Source: a virus (Duplodnaviria; Caudoviricetes). From it: a DNA stretch of 55,831 bases. The stretch lies in the IMG/VR virus record IMGVR_UViG_3300027336_000040, positions 1 to 55,831 of that record; one strand, given 5' to 3'. A program made the translations under genes and the position numbers. The notes beneath the pieces were generated by a model. That model saw nothing but the letters and a program-made list of their open reading frames with translations, had not been told where the DNA came from and searched no databases. Shown piece by piece: positions 25,995-33,826 of this stretch; within the stretch, counting starts at the first letter, position 1, and each line of letters starts with the position of its first letter.

Positions 25995-26984
25995 TTAGTT
26001 GATGAGGCTGGGGGCGATGGAGTCGGAAGCGAACAAGTCGGCGATCCACTCGGCTGCGGTCTCGGGGAAGTCCTCGACCAGGTCCTCGACGTCATCGACG
26101 TCGTCGTACCAGTACGACAGCAGAGCTGCCGCCTTGTGCGGTGCGTCGAACACCCACTGCTCGACACCCTCTACGCCGCGACGCGACCATTGGTTGTGTG
26201 CTGCGCGAACGTACGGGCTGATCTGTGATGCGGTGAACGTCTGCTTCGGCAGGCCCCTGTGCGAGGACTTGGTGTCCTTGCTATCCGGGATGTACGAACC
26301 CTTGGCCTCGGTCGTGCCGGTGCGCCAGGTGCTGTAGTAGTCCTCGTAGTCGTCGTCCTGGAAGCGGCTGCGGTATCCGCCGTAGCCTGAGTACATGTTG
26401 GTGTAGCCGCCGCCTTGCGTGCCGGTGAACTTGTGGTACGACCAGGCGTAGGTGTTGGACAGCCAGGCGTTCTGGTAGTTGACGCCAGCTTGCGCGTTGA
26501 TCACCACGACGGCTCCGTCTGCACGCACCAGTGCGAACTTGTTGCTGCGGCCGATGAGCTCGCCCACGAACTTCTGCCAGTCGACGTCGGTCAGCAGCTC
26601 GGGGTTGCCGATGAGCGCCGGACGGATGAAGTTCTGGATGAAGTGCCAGGTGTCGGACTTGGCTTTGTCTGCGGCGTTGCCGGTGGACAGGATGCCGTTG
26701 TGCGCCAGCCAGACGTCGTCCGTCACCTTGTAGGGATGGCAGTTGTCGAAGTCGATGTCGCCGTGCGTCTGCATGCGTGCGTGCCACACGCAGTTCTTGC
26801 CTTCGGCGTGCTTGCGGTAGAAGTCGACGAACTCCTGCGCGTTGGCGGGCAGGCACTTGAAGATGTGCATCTTGTCGCCGTCGGCATACATGACGCCCAG
26901 GCCGTCCTGGTTCTTGTTGTAGACGTCGGCGAGAAACTCATCGCTGAATGTGGATTGGGTGGTTTGTTGTACGAGAAGACACAT
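25995..26984 (-). CDS. Class II (Ntn) glutamine amidotransferase
   Basis: N-terminal Met-Cys, NQDGLG, HARMQTHG, NCHPY, HNGIL, SDT. Confidence 0.9.
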   Translation of the reverse strand: MCLLVQQTTQSTFSDEFLADVYNKNQDGLGVMYADGDKMHIFKCLPANAQEFVDFYRKHAEGKNCVWHARMQTHGDIDFDNCHPYKVTDDVWLAHNGILSTGNAADKAKSDTWHFIQNFIRPALIGNPELLTDVDWQKFVGELIGRSNKFALVRADGAVVVINAQAGVNYQNAWLSNTYAWSYHKFTGTQGGGYTNMYSGYGGYRSRFQDDDYEDYYSTWRTGTTEAKGSYIPDSKDTKSSHRGLPKQTFTASQISPYVRAAHNQWSRRGVEGVEQWVFDAPHKAAALLSYWYDDVDDVEDLVEDFPETAAEWIADLFASDSIAPSLIN

Positions 26985-27012
26985 GTTGATATTTCCTTGG
27001 TTGAATGTTTGA

Positions 27013-28350
27013 TCAGGCGGTTTCGAGACGGTTCTCGAGATACGGGACGAGCATGTCGGTGTCGCCGGACTCGTCGGAGCGGATGAACTCGAGAAACTTG
27101 TCGGCCTTGAGTTCGCGGATCGACGTGGTTGAGCGACCGCAGAACTCGACGAGAGCGTTCGAGAACTGGATCGCAGCCATGACCGATTCGTACTTGAGGC
27201 TGCCCTTGAAGATGCGGAACTCGATGGTCTTGCGCGGCGTGATGTTCACTGCCTCGTACCGGTCATCGGACTGTGCTGATCGGCCGATCTTCTTGCTCTT
27301 GATGCGGCAATAGCCCTCGGCGTACCGACGTGCGACAGCGCGGACCAGGTCCTCGTTGTCCGGGTCGTTGATGAACGACACGATCTTGGCGATCTGCAAC
27401 TTGGACAACCCATCCTTGCTGACGTGAACGTGCAGTCCGCATGTCGTGGTGTTGTGCGAGCGCAGGCTGCGGACGGCGTTCTTGTCCTTGAGCCAGGCCC
27501 AAAGATCACGGTGCTTGTCCAGGCCCATCGGCTGGCTGATGATCTCGAAGCCGTTGCTCAGAGAGCCGTCGTTCTCGAAGAACACCTTGGCTCCGAACTG
27601 CTCGTCGTTGATCAGCTTGTGTAGCGCCAGAGCCTTCTCGCCACGCTCGTTATCCCGCACCTCCACCTCGAGCTCGACGCCGAGGTAGCGCTTCTTCATC
27701 TTGGTCCAGTCGCTGATCTGCGGACGCTGCGATCCCTTGCTGCTGTGGTAGTTGCCGATGACACGAGCTGACGGGCTGTAGTCGACGTGGTGGTACTCGT
27801 CGTCGTCGTCGTCGAACTGGAAGTCGTCGTCGTCCTCGTGGATCACGCAGCGGTTGCCGTATTGGTCGAGCGCGTCGCGTGAGCTGTCCGAGTAGACGTA
27901 CATGTCGTAGTAATCGGACCAGCGGTAGCTGTCGTCGATGCAGCTGCGGCAGATCTGCGCGTCCTCGTTGTTGTAGTAGGACCGCACCTCACGCACCAGC
28001 TCCCACTCACCGCAGTCATCGCAGCGGGTGATGATGTCCCTGTCTTTCAGGAGGTCGATGCAATCGTCTGAGTCGTCGGCGCTGTCGTACCGGCTGATCC
28101 AGTCGCTGAAGTCGCCGACTTCCCAGGCGGAGTAGCGATCAAGCCAGAGCTTGAGGTGCAGCATCATGCAGCCCTCTTCCTCCCCCATGATGGTGAGAAC
28201 AATGGACTTGATGCCGACGAACTTGCAGATGTCGAAGAGCTGGTCGACGTCACCTCCTTCGAGTGCTCGCTTGGCAACTTGATGTGCGAACTTTGACTTG
28301 GCCGTGTAGGTTTGTGTGGCCAGGCGTTCAAGGTATGGATAGTTCTTCAT
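27013..28350 (-). CDS. Putative amidoligase (COOH-NH2 ligase, glutamine-synthetase fold)
   Basis: GVELEVE, DGSL..GFEIISQP, TCGLHVHV, TIEFRIFKG; N-terminal Cys pairs. Confidence 0.85.
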   Translation of the reverse strand: MKNYPYLERLATQTYTAKSKFAHQVAKRALEGGDVDQLFDICKFVGIKSIVLTIMGEEEGCMMLHLKLWLDRYSAWEVGDFSDWISRYDSADDSDDCIDLLKDRDIITRCDDCGEWELVREVRSYYNNEDAQICRSCIDDSYRWSDYYDMYVYSDSSRDALDQYGNRCVIHEDDDDFQFDDDDDEYHHVDYSPSARVIGNYHSSKGSQRPQISDWTKMKKRYLGVELEVEVRDNERGEKALALHKLINDEQFGAKVFFENDGSLSNGFEIISQPMGLDKHRDLWAWLKDKNAVRSLRSHNTTTCGLHVHVSKDGLSKLQIAKIVSFINDPDNEDLVRAVARRYAEGYCRIKSKKIGRSAQSDDRYEAVNITPRKTIEFRIFKGSLKYESVMAAIQFSNALVEFCGRSTTSIRELKADKFLEFIRSDESGDTDMLVPYLENRLETA

Positions 28351-28372
28351 AAACCTTCCGTGTTTGGACAAT

Positions 28373-28395
28373 AAAAAACCCGCCGATTGGCGGGT
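28373..28395 (-). terminator. Intrinsic terminator just upstream of the amidoligase
   Basis: ACCCGCC-AATC-GGCGGGT-TTTTT. Confidence 0.75.
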
Positions 28396-28436
28396 CACGA
28401 AATGTGCAAACAGTTCTACATACAAACAGCAAGAGG

Positions 28437-28465
28437 GGCTTCCCTCCTCCAACAGGAGGGAAGAC
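28437..28465. promoter_or_regulatory. GGCT-N21-AGAC hairpin element, copy 1
   Basis: CTTCCCTCCT-CCAAC-AGGAGGGAAG. Confidence 0.65.
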
Positions 28466-28476
28466 ACTCAGTTGAT

Positions 28477-28953
28477 TCAAGCAGGCACTGGAATCCTCCG
28501 GGCCTTCTTCATCCTGATCTGACTCCACACGTAGTCGAGTGCCGACTCAAGTTGATTGATCGTGCAGATGTCGAGCTGGGCGTCGTGAATTTCCATCGTC
28601 TGGTTGATTGCTGTCAGCTCAGGTCCTGACAGAACAAACTTGCCAACCTTGGACGAGCGCACGCCGACGCTGTACAGAGCGTCTTGGCCCGCCTTGATCT
28701 CGCTTCTGTAGTCCTCGCCCAGGCCTTTGATGGCTAGCGCTTCGGTGACGTTGAACGCATTGATGATGGCGTCCATGTCGTCCTTGTTGGCCTCGCCCTT
28801 GCGCAGAGAGTCAATGGCGATGTGGTTTCTGATCCTGGTGCGGGTGATGATTGATCCGTTCTCGACGTCGGCAGCCTTCTGCATTCCCGACTTGATCCAG
28901 CTCATGTTGTCCAGGCGCACGCCTTTTGGTTTGTACTTACTGCGTTTGCGCAC
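28477..28953 (-). CDS. Conserved hypothetical phage protein
   Basis: MRKRSKYKPK...HDAQL; GTG start inferred. Confidence 0.65.
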   Translation of the reverse strand: MRKRSKYKPKGVRLDNMSWIKSGMQKAADVENGSIITRTRIRNHIAIDSLRKGEANKDDMDAIINAFNVTEALAIKGLGEDYRSEIKAGQDALYSVGVRSSKVGKFVLSGPELTAINQTMEIHDAQLDICTINQLESALDYVWSQIRMKKARRIPVPA

Positions 28954-29104
28954 CACGGTTCTCCAGCACAATTTTCTCCAGCTTCTCCACTGCAACGCAC
29001 AGGTCCTCATGCAGGTAGTCGGGCAGCGGTGTCTTGGTGCTGAATGCCCACGACTCCAGCGCGGACAGCAGCTTGATCAGTTTGATCGCGTCTTCTTTGC
29101 TCAT
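28937..29104 (-). CDS. Hypothetical protein
   Basis: MSKEDAIKLIKLLSALESW. Confidence 0.6.
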   Translation of the reverse strand: MSKEDAIKLIKLLSALESWAFSTKTPLPDYLHEDLCVAVEKLEKIVLENRGAQTQ

Positions 29105-29178
29105 TTGTTTCTTCTCCAGAAAGCCCACACGTAGACAAGCGTGTGAGCGGTGCCGATGAGGTACATCCACCAAGTCAT
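29101..29178 (-). CDS. 25-aa hydrophobic peptide (absent from ORF track)
   Basis: MTWWMYLIGTAHTLVYVWAFWRRNK; ATGA overlaps at both ends. Confidence 0.5.
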   Translation of the reverse strand: MTWWMYLIGTAHTLVYVWAFWRRNK

Positions 29179-29342
29179 AAGCAACTCCTCAACGTCATCA
29201 GGCCAAGCATCAGGACAATGAATCCCAACAGAGCCCACACCAATTGCCCGTCAGCAGGGGTTGGCTTTTCTTCCTCCAGTTGCTTTCGCACCGGGCATTC
29301 CCTGCCTTGTCGGCAGTTGCCGTATTCGTCACAGCAGTTCAT
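29175..29342 (-). CDS. Small Cys-rich membrane-anchored protein
   Basis: MNCCDEYGNCRQGRECPVR plus C-terminal TM helix. Confidence 0.6.
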   Translation of the reverse strand: MNCCDEYGNCRQGRECPVRKQLEEEKPTPADGQLVWALLGFIVLMLGLMTLRSCL

Positions 29343-29431
29343 TTGATGATCCTCATAAACGCGCCGCACCGAGAGCACTTGTAAAGTGGCTGACCCTCCA
29401 CGGGTTCCCAGCGGTGTTGGCATTGACTCAT
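29339..29431 (-). CDS. 30-aa Zn-ribbon peptide
   Basis: CQHRW...CSRCG; ATGA overlaps. Confidence 0.5.
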   Translation of the reverse strand: MSQCQHRWEPVEGQPLYKCSRCGAFMRIIK

Positions 29432-29820
29432 GGTGTTACTCCGAAAAGCGCGGACGTCAGCGCGTCGCGTCTTGGTTTTTTGTTTGCGTGATACGCCGCT
29501 CTGCGTCTTGCCTTGATGTCTTCCCATTCACCCGACGCACGAGCGTTGCGCCTGTACCTTCGAGTGCGGCCGATGTCGTTTAGCAGCTTGGGAATCTTTG
29601 GCTTGAAGCCAGCTGGCGCAGGTCCAGGGTGGAAGACAGAAACCATCGGTCCACCGTTTGGATGCACTTCCTTGTGGTGAAGATGAATCTCGTCTGCGGT
29701 ACGCAGGTCTGTGAACCATCGAGAGACAGTGGCCAGACTGAGACCTGTCCTGGCCCTGACATCAGCGTTGCTGCCTGGCAGTGCGGCCAGGACGATCGCC
29801 CTGTACGCACGCTTGCTCAC
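29428..29820 (-). CDS. Winged-HTH protein
   Basis: SNADVRARTGLSLATVSRWFTDL. Confidence 0.55.
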   Translation of the reverse strand: MSKRAYRAIVLAALPGSNADVRARTGLSLATVSRWFTDLRTADEIHLHHKEVHPNGGPMVSVFHPGPAPAGFKPKIPKLLNDIGRTRRYRRNARASGEWEDIKARRRAAYHANKKPRRDALTSALFGVTP

Positions 29821-29999
29821 TTGCCGTCCTCCCGGTCGATCGGGATGTATTGGCAGTTCTCGTCGAGCGAGTTGACGCACTCATGCTGCGGCGTGCGCTC
29901 ACCCCAGGTCTGATCTGGGTGCTTGGCCCAGCGCTGGCATCGCTTGCAGTTCTGATCAGGCAGCGATGCGTGGCATCTGGCGTAGTCATAAGGAAGCAT
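29817..29999 (-). CDS. Small Cys-rich protein
   Basis: MLPYDYARC...CKRCQR...C..C. Confidence 0.55.
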   Translation of the reverse strand: MLPYDYARCHASLPDQNCKRCQRWAKHPDQTWGERTPQHECVNSLDENCQYIPIDREDGK

Positions 30000-30171
30000 T
30001 GCCTGTTCCCCTTTCGATTGGTTTGGCGAGCAACCACCTGTCACCGAGCAAGCGAATCTGACGCACCCATTGACGCTGGTATGAGCGGTTGTGATTCGCC
30101 GGGATGTGAGGGTTGTTGAATAGTTGGCGCACATGGCGCAAAGCGTTTGTCTTCATTCGATTATCTCTTGC

Positions 30172-30187
30172 GTAAATATTGAAATGG
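30172..30187. promoter_or_regulatory. Post-terminator motif, copy 2 (GTAAATATTGAAATGG)
   Basis: Same spacing from terminator as copies 1 and 3. Confidence 0.55.
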
Positions 30188-30200
30188 GAGTGCTTCGCTT

Positions 30201-30225
30201 AAATGAAAACGCCCCCGAAGGGGCG
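30201..30225 (-). terminator. Intrinsic terminator
   Basis: CGCCCC-TTCG-GGGGCG-TTTTCATTT on the minus strand. Confidence 0.75.
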
Positions 30226-30245
30226 CTGTCATGGATTGTGTATGG

Positions 30246-30395
30246 TCATGTGAACCATAAGTAGACGCCGTGGATGATGCCGATCGGGAAGAAGATCGCC
30301 CCGGCCAACAGCAGCAGCCATGAGGCTGTGCTGAAGCAGAAGAAGATGTGCGTGAACCAGGCGCAGATCGCCGAGATGCCGATGACCCAGCCCAT
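30246..30395 (-). CDS. 49-aa two-TM membrane protein (absent from ORF track)
   Basis: MGWVIGISAICAWFTHIFFCFSTASWLLLLAGAIFFPIGIIHGVYLWFT. Confidence 0.65.
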   Translation of the reverse strand: MGWVIGISAICAWFTHIFFCFSTASWLLLLAGAIFFPIGIIHGVYLWFT

Positions 30396-30397
30396 GA

Positions 30398-30802
30398 TCA
30401 CCACCAAGAGTCGTACACGACTGCCTTGCCTTCGGCGATGGCTGCTCGTGCTTTGGTAACGAAGTCCCGGACCTCTTGGGTGGACTCTGGAGTCATCTCA
30501 TCCTCGTCACCCCAGAAGAATCCAGACCTGGGCTTCAGGTTTCCCGCCTCATCCCATAGTCTGTCCAGGTCGGCTGGCATGAGCCTGAGCGTGGTGCAGT
30601 TGAACGACTCAGAGCCGCCGCCCTTCTTGTAGTACAGGTCGGCCATCCACTGGTGCAGGTTGTTGAACTTGCGCCAGTAGGCGAAGTCTGTGTCGACGCC
30701 TTCTCTTGCCTTGCCATCCTCGAATACCTGGTCGTTAAGATCGACCTGCTTGTCACCGAGCCGATTGGCTGGGATCGTGTAAGCGTACATATCAAGACCC
30801 AT
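30398..30802 (-). CDS. Conserved phage protein (MGLDMY...YWRK...SWW family)
   Basis: MGLDMYAY, YWRKFNNLHQWM, FNC, GFFWG, YDSWW. Confidence 0.75.
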   Translation of the reverse strand: MGLDMYAYTIPANRLGDKQVDLNDQVFEDGKAREGVDTDFAYWRKFNNLHQWMADLYYKKGGGSESFNCTTLRLMPADLDRLWDEAGNLKPRSGFFWGDEDEMTPESTQEVRDFVTKARAAIAEGKAVVYDSWW

Positions 30803-31040
30803 GTGTTTCTCCTCGTTGTTCAATGTGGCGTTGTGCAGCCTTTAGCTTGAAGCCCAGGCTGCGATTCTCTTTGGTGAGCTGCTTGACCTCTTCCTCCAGG
30901 GAGATCAGACGCAGTCGCATGTACTCGAGCTGCATGGCCTGAGCGTGGATCGTCTCAGTCTTCATGCGCTCGGTAGTCTTGGCCGCTTTCTCGGCCGCTG
31001 TTGCTGGCGCTGGGGCCAGGCCTCTGGCGAGCTCGTTCAT
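30792..31040 (-). CDS. Coiled-coil hypothetical protein
   Basis: Heptad pattern; ATGA overlap. Confidence 0.55.
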   Translation of the reverse strand: MNELARGLAPAPATAAEKAAKTTERMKTETIHAQAMQLEYMRLRLISLEEEVKQLTKENRSLGFKLKAAQRHIEQRGETHGS

Positions 31041-31255
31041 CCGCCCACCTCGCAGACGCCGCACCAGAACCAGGTGTTGTGGTTGCGTTCGGTGATCATC
31101 TGGTTGGCATCGGCGCCGCAGTCGCTGCACGGCGGATGGGTTCGGCCCTTGTACTCAGGGCTGGTTGACCTGGTAACCGGCGTGCTGATCAACGGTCGGC
31201 CAAACATGTTGCTGGGCGTCGGCGTTCCCAGCCTAAAGTCCAGTCGGACGAGCAT
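31037..31255 (-). CDS. Small Zn-ribbon protein
   Basis: CSDCG...WCGVCEVGG. Confidence 0.5.
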   Translation of the reverse strand: MLVRLDFRLGTPTPSNMFGRPLISTPVTRSTSPEYKGRTHPPCSDCGADANQMITERNHNTWFWCGVCEVGG

Positions 31256-31496
31256 TCGGTCCCTCCAGTAGTTCGATTGCTTCGTTGAGGAATTGGCGAG
31301 CAGCCTCGATGTCCTCGCCTTCATACGGCGTGAACTCGGCGTTGGCCAGGAAGTCGCCGAGCAGGAACTCGGCTTGACGAATCTTGTCGAGCGCCTTCTC
31401 GCACGCGGCGGTTAGGTCAGTCGTGCGCTGCATGAAGTACAGGAACGGCTTGTCCTGTTCGGCGGTCAGCTCGTAGAGCTTCTTCATTCGACCCAT
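31233..31496 (-). CDS. Hypothetical protein
   Basis: AAGGA RBS; MGRMKKLYEL. Confidence 0.55.
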   Translation of the reverse strand: MGRMKKLYELTAEQDKPFLYFMQRTTDLTAACEKALDKIRQAEFLLGDFLANAEFTPYEGEDIEAARQFLNEAIELLEGPNARPTGL

Positions 31497-31734
31497 TGGT
31501 TTTTCCTTTCTGCTTCTCCATGTACTTGGCCAAGGCCTTTCTCCCCTTGTCGGTGAGCCTGTCCTTGGCGATGAGGTTGGTTGATGTTTTGACTGTCTTG
31601 CCTGCGCTGAGCAGTCCGCGCCGACGCAGAGACCAGTAGGTGTTCCAAGACCCCGGCTTGTCGTTGTACATCTTGAATCCCCACCCATCGGCGAACATCT
31701 TGAGCATGAAGGCCTGCTGTGGGGACAGGCTCAT
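31417..31734 (-). CDS. Winged-helix-like hypothetical protein
   Basis: LSPQQ...SLRRRGLL...LTDKGRKAL. Confidence 0.55.
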   Translation of the reverse strand: MSLSPQQAFMLKMFADGWGFKMYNDKPGSWNTYWSLRRRGLLSAGKTVKTSTNLIAKDRLTDKGRKALAKYMEKQKGKTNGSNEEALRADRRTGQAVPVLHAAHD

Positions 31735-31736
31735 GG

Positions 31737-32105
31737 TCAATACTCCGAGGTCAGCATCAAGACGTCTCCCTGAAGGAAGAAGCGCCAGTTGCCTGTCGGG
31801 CAGTCGGTTGCGCTGATGACCTTGGCCCACAGCTCGGAGTCATCGCCGTCAGTCACGACAATGTCGGCTGACTGGTTGGTGTGGACGCCCAGCTCGATGA
31901 CCAGGAAACTGCGGAAGTGCGCCAGGCTGCGCAGCTCGGTGCCGATGATGTCGAGGAACCAGTAGGCTCCGCCGCCTGCGTTCTCGGCGAAGTACTTCAC
32001 GCCGTCGGTGTATTTGAGCCAGCGGTACAGCGGGTTGTAGTGGTACTTCTCAGTGCCGATGAACTGTTCGAGCTCTTGCTGAAGGGTGATGGTGTCGGTT
32101 GTCAT
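31737..32105 (-). CDS. DUF6876-like protein
   Basis: LEQFIGTEKYH...YTDGVKYFAE...YWFLDII...LMLTSEY. Confidence 0.7.
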   Translation of the reverse strand: MTTDTITLQQELEQFIGTEKYHYNPLYRWLKYTDGVKYFAENAGGGAYWFLDIIGTELRSLAHFRSFLVIELGVHTNQSADIVVTDGDDSELWAKVISATDCPTGNWRFFLQGDVLMLTSEY

Positions 32106-32112
32106 GTCAGCC

Positions 32113-32132
32113 TCGTGTAAATATCGAATTGG
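32113..32132. promoter_or_regulatory. Post-terminator motif, copy 3 (TCGTGTAAATATCGAATTGG)
   Basis: 15 bp identical to 24899-24913; overlaps the RBS of the DUF6876-like gene. Confidence 0.6.
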
Positions 32133-32146
32133 GAGTAGCTCCCGAG

Positions 32147-32178
32147 AAAAGAAAAGGGGGTGACCGTAGCCACCCCCT
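32147..32178 (-). terminator. Intrinsic terminator
   Basis: AGGGGGTGGC-TACG-GTCACCCCCT-TTTCTTTT. Confidence 0.75.
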
Positions 32179-32194
32179 GTTCCGGTCAACCTGC

Positions 32195-32638
32195 TCAGTA
32201 CGGAGCTGGTTCTGCGTGCGCTGCGGGCTGCATGCCCACCACACGGCGCTCGACCGGCATCTGCTTGGCCAGTCGTTCCAGGCACGTTGCCATCAGCATC
32301 TTCACTGCGGCGTCGACGTCGTCCTGAGACTTGCTGTCGTCCAGCATGGCTCGCTGGATGGCTTGAACCTGCTCGAGGATCTTGACCTGGGTCATCGCCT
32401 CTCGAATGCCAGCGCCGGGCAATTCCTTGCCGCACCAGCCCAGGCCAACGCCGAGCATGTACGCAGCACCGAGAACCTTCTCGGGAGCGGGAGCGGTCTC
32501 CTGCTTGGCGATCTCAGCGGCGATCAACGAGCTCGCTTCCTCACGGGTAGCCGGAGCAACCATGTTGCGGCGAGCAAACCACTCCACTTGCTTGGGAGTG
32601 GGACCGTTGGCGTTCAGGGATTTGGTGGTGAAAAACAT
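32195..32638 (-). CDS. Early hypothetical protein
   Basis: AAGGA RBS; PTPKQ...TREEASSLI motif; phage-like codon usage. Confidence 0.7.
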   Translation of the reverse strand: MFFTTKSLNANGPTPKQVEWFARRNMVAPATREEASSLIAAEIAKQETAPAPEKVLGAAYMLGVGLGWCGKELPGAGIREAMTQVKILEQVQAIQRAMLDDSKSQDDVDAAVKMLMATCLERLAKQMPVERRVVGMQPAAHAEPAPY

Positions 32639-32693
32639 GAGAGTGTCCTTTCAAGACAAACAAGGGTTAATTAAACAAACACAAGAGAAAGCT

Positions 32694-32722
32694 GGCTGGC
32701 TCTCTCCAAAGGAGAGCCAGAC
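32694..32722. promoter_or_regulatory. GGCT-N21-AGAC hairpin element, copy 2
   Basis: CTGGCTCTCT-CCAAA-GGAGAGCCAG. Confidence 0.65.
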
Positions 32723-32732
32723 AGATTTAGGC

Positions 32733-32906
32733 TCAGCGGGAGACGTCATCCATCCTGGCGACAGCCCAGCAAGCGATGGCCAAGCACAGGAAGATGGGAA
32801 GGCAGAACAGCTCAAACCTCAGGTCATAGGTCTTGACTACCAGTAGACCGAGATACATGGCTGGAACGGTTAATACGGTGAAGAGGGTTGCGATGGTTGC
32901 GTACAT
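32733..32906 (-). CDS. 57-aa two-TM membrane protein (absent from ORF track)
   Basis: GGAG RBS; MYATIATLFTVLTVPAMYLGLLVV...FCLPIFLCLAIACWAVAR. Confidence 0.6.
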   Translation of the reverse strand: MYATIATLFTVLTVPAMYLGLLVVKTYDLRFELFCLPIFLCLAIACWAVARMDDVSR

Positions 32907-32909
32907 TTA

Positions 32910-33047
32910 TTAACTCCAGGAGGTTGTGAAGGGGTTGTAACCAGCTTTGAGGAGCTGATTGAAGCTGATGAGAGGCATGGGTTTGAGACCTCGGCTACGG
33001 CAATAGGAAACGTAGTCGAGATAGGTTTTTGCAATGGGGGGTTTCAT
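32910..33047 (-). CDS. 45-aa protein, first ORF of the leftward early region (absent from ORF track)
   Basis: MKPPIAKTYLDYVSYCRSRGLKPMPLISFNQLLKAGYNPFTTSWS. Confidence 0.5.
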   Translation of the reverse strand: MKPPIAKTYLDYVSYCRSRGLKPMPLISFNQLLKAGYNPFTTSWS

Positions 33048-33162
33048 GGCGATTTGCTTTCTAAATCAAGGGGTTGGGGTTATTGGTAGGAGGAATGTCA
33101 TAGATCAACCCACACGGGAGCTGGATTCCATACATTTTCATCACCAATAACCCAAGGAAGGT

Positions 33163-33191
33163 GGCTACCTTTCTCCCAAAGAAAGGTAGAC
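33163..33191. promoter_or_regulatory. GGCT-N21-AGAC hairpin element, copy 3
   Basis: CTACCTTTCT-CCCAA-AGAAAGGTAG. Confidence 0.65.
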
Positions 33192-33549
33192 AACAGACGA
33201 TTAAGTACACAGACAGTAGATAACCCATTGATTCACATAGGGTTACTACTGATTACCGGTCTGTACAGGCCGGAAGGTGGTGGAGGGAGGGGGCCTATGG
33301 CCAGCCGGAGCGGAGTACGGGGGGTATGAGGACTCCAGCACGTATAGGATCACTCGTGCGAGACCCGCCTTTCACAACCCCAAGCCCTAATCCCAGCCGA
33401 AGGCATAGCCAGGACGCTTATTTCAGGCCTTGGCTGCGTTTTCTTGGGGTGGGTGGTACCTACCCCCCAGTGGACCCAGGAAAACGACCCTGGGGGGCCT
33501 AAAGGAACCCCGGTCAGAATCCTTTTTGGAACATCAACCGGAGAAACCC

Positions 33550-33822
33550 ATGCTCAAAGCCCCTGAAGTGCAGGCTTTCCTGCGTCAATTCGACCCATTG
33601 CGGGAAGTGAACGTCGAGGAGACGACTCAGTTCGTCTATGCACCCTGGTTCGTGAAGGTTCACGGGACCGTTCTGGTCTACGGTGAGCCTCATGCGTTCG
33701 AGACCGAGCTCGATCTGCGTGAGTTCGGCGGTCAGGAAGACCTGATGAAGCTGGCCAAGCAGCTGCTGTACGCCTTTGCTGGCGCAGCCGAGCACGTCAA
33801 GCGTGGTCAAGCTGTGATGTGA
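33550..33822 (+). CDS. Hypothetical protein, isolated in the control region
   Basis: GGAGA RBS, ATG 33550, good codon usage. Confidence 0.65.
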   Translation: MLKAPEVQAFLRQFDPLREVNVEETTQFVYAPWFVKVHGTVLVYGEPHAFETELDLREFGGQEDLMKLAKQLLYAFAGAAEHVKRGQAVM

Positions 33823-33826
33823 GCGG

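Noticed and set aside
30398-30802. Metabolic enzyme label sometimes attached to the MGLDMY family
   Set aside because: Too short and lacks kinase motifs; left as a conserved hypothetical protein.
32382-32846. 154-aa plus-strand ORF
   Set aside because: Antisense to better-supported minus-strand genes and runs across an intergenic hairpin; no RBS.
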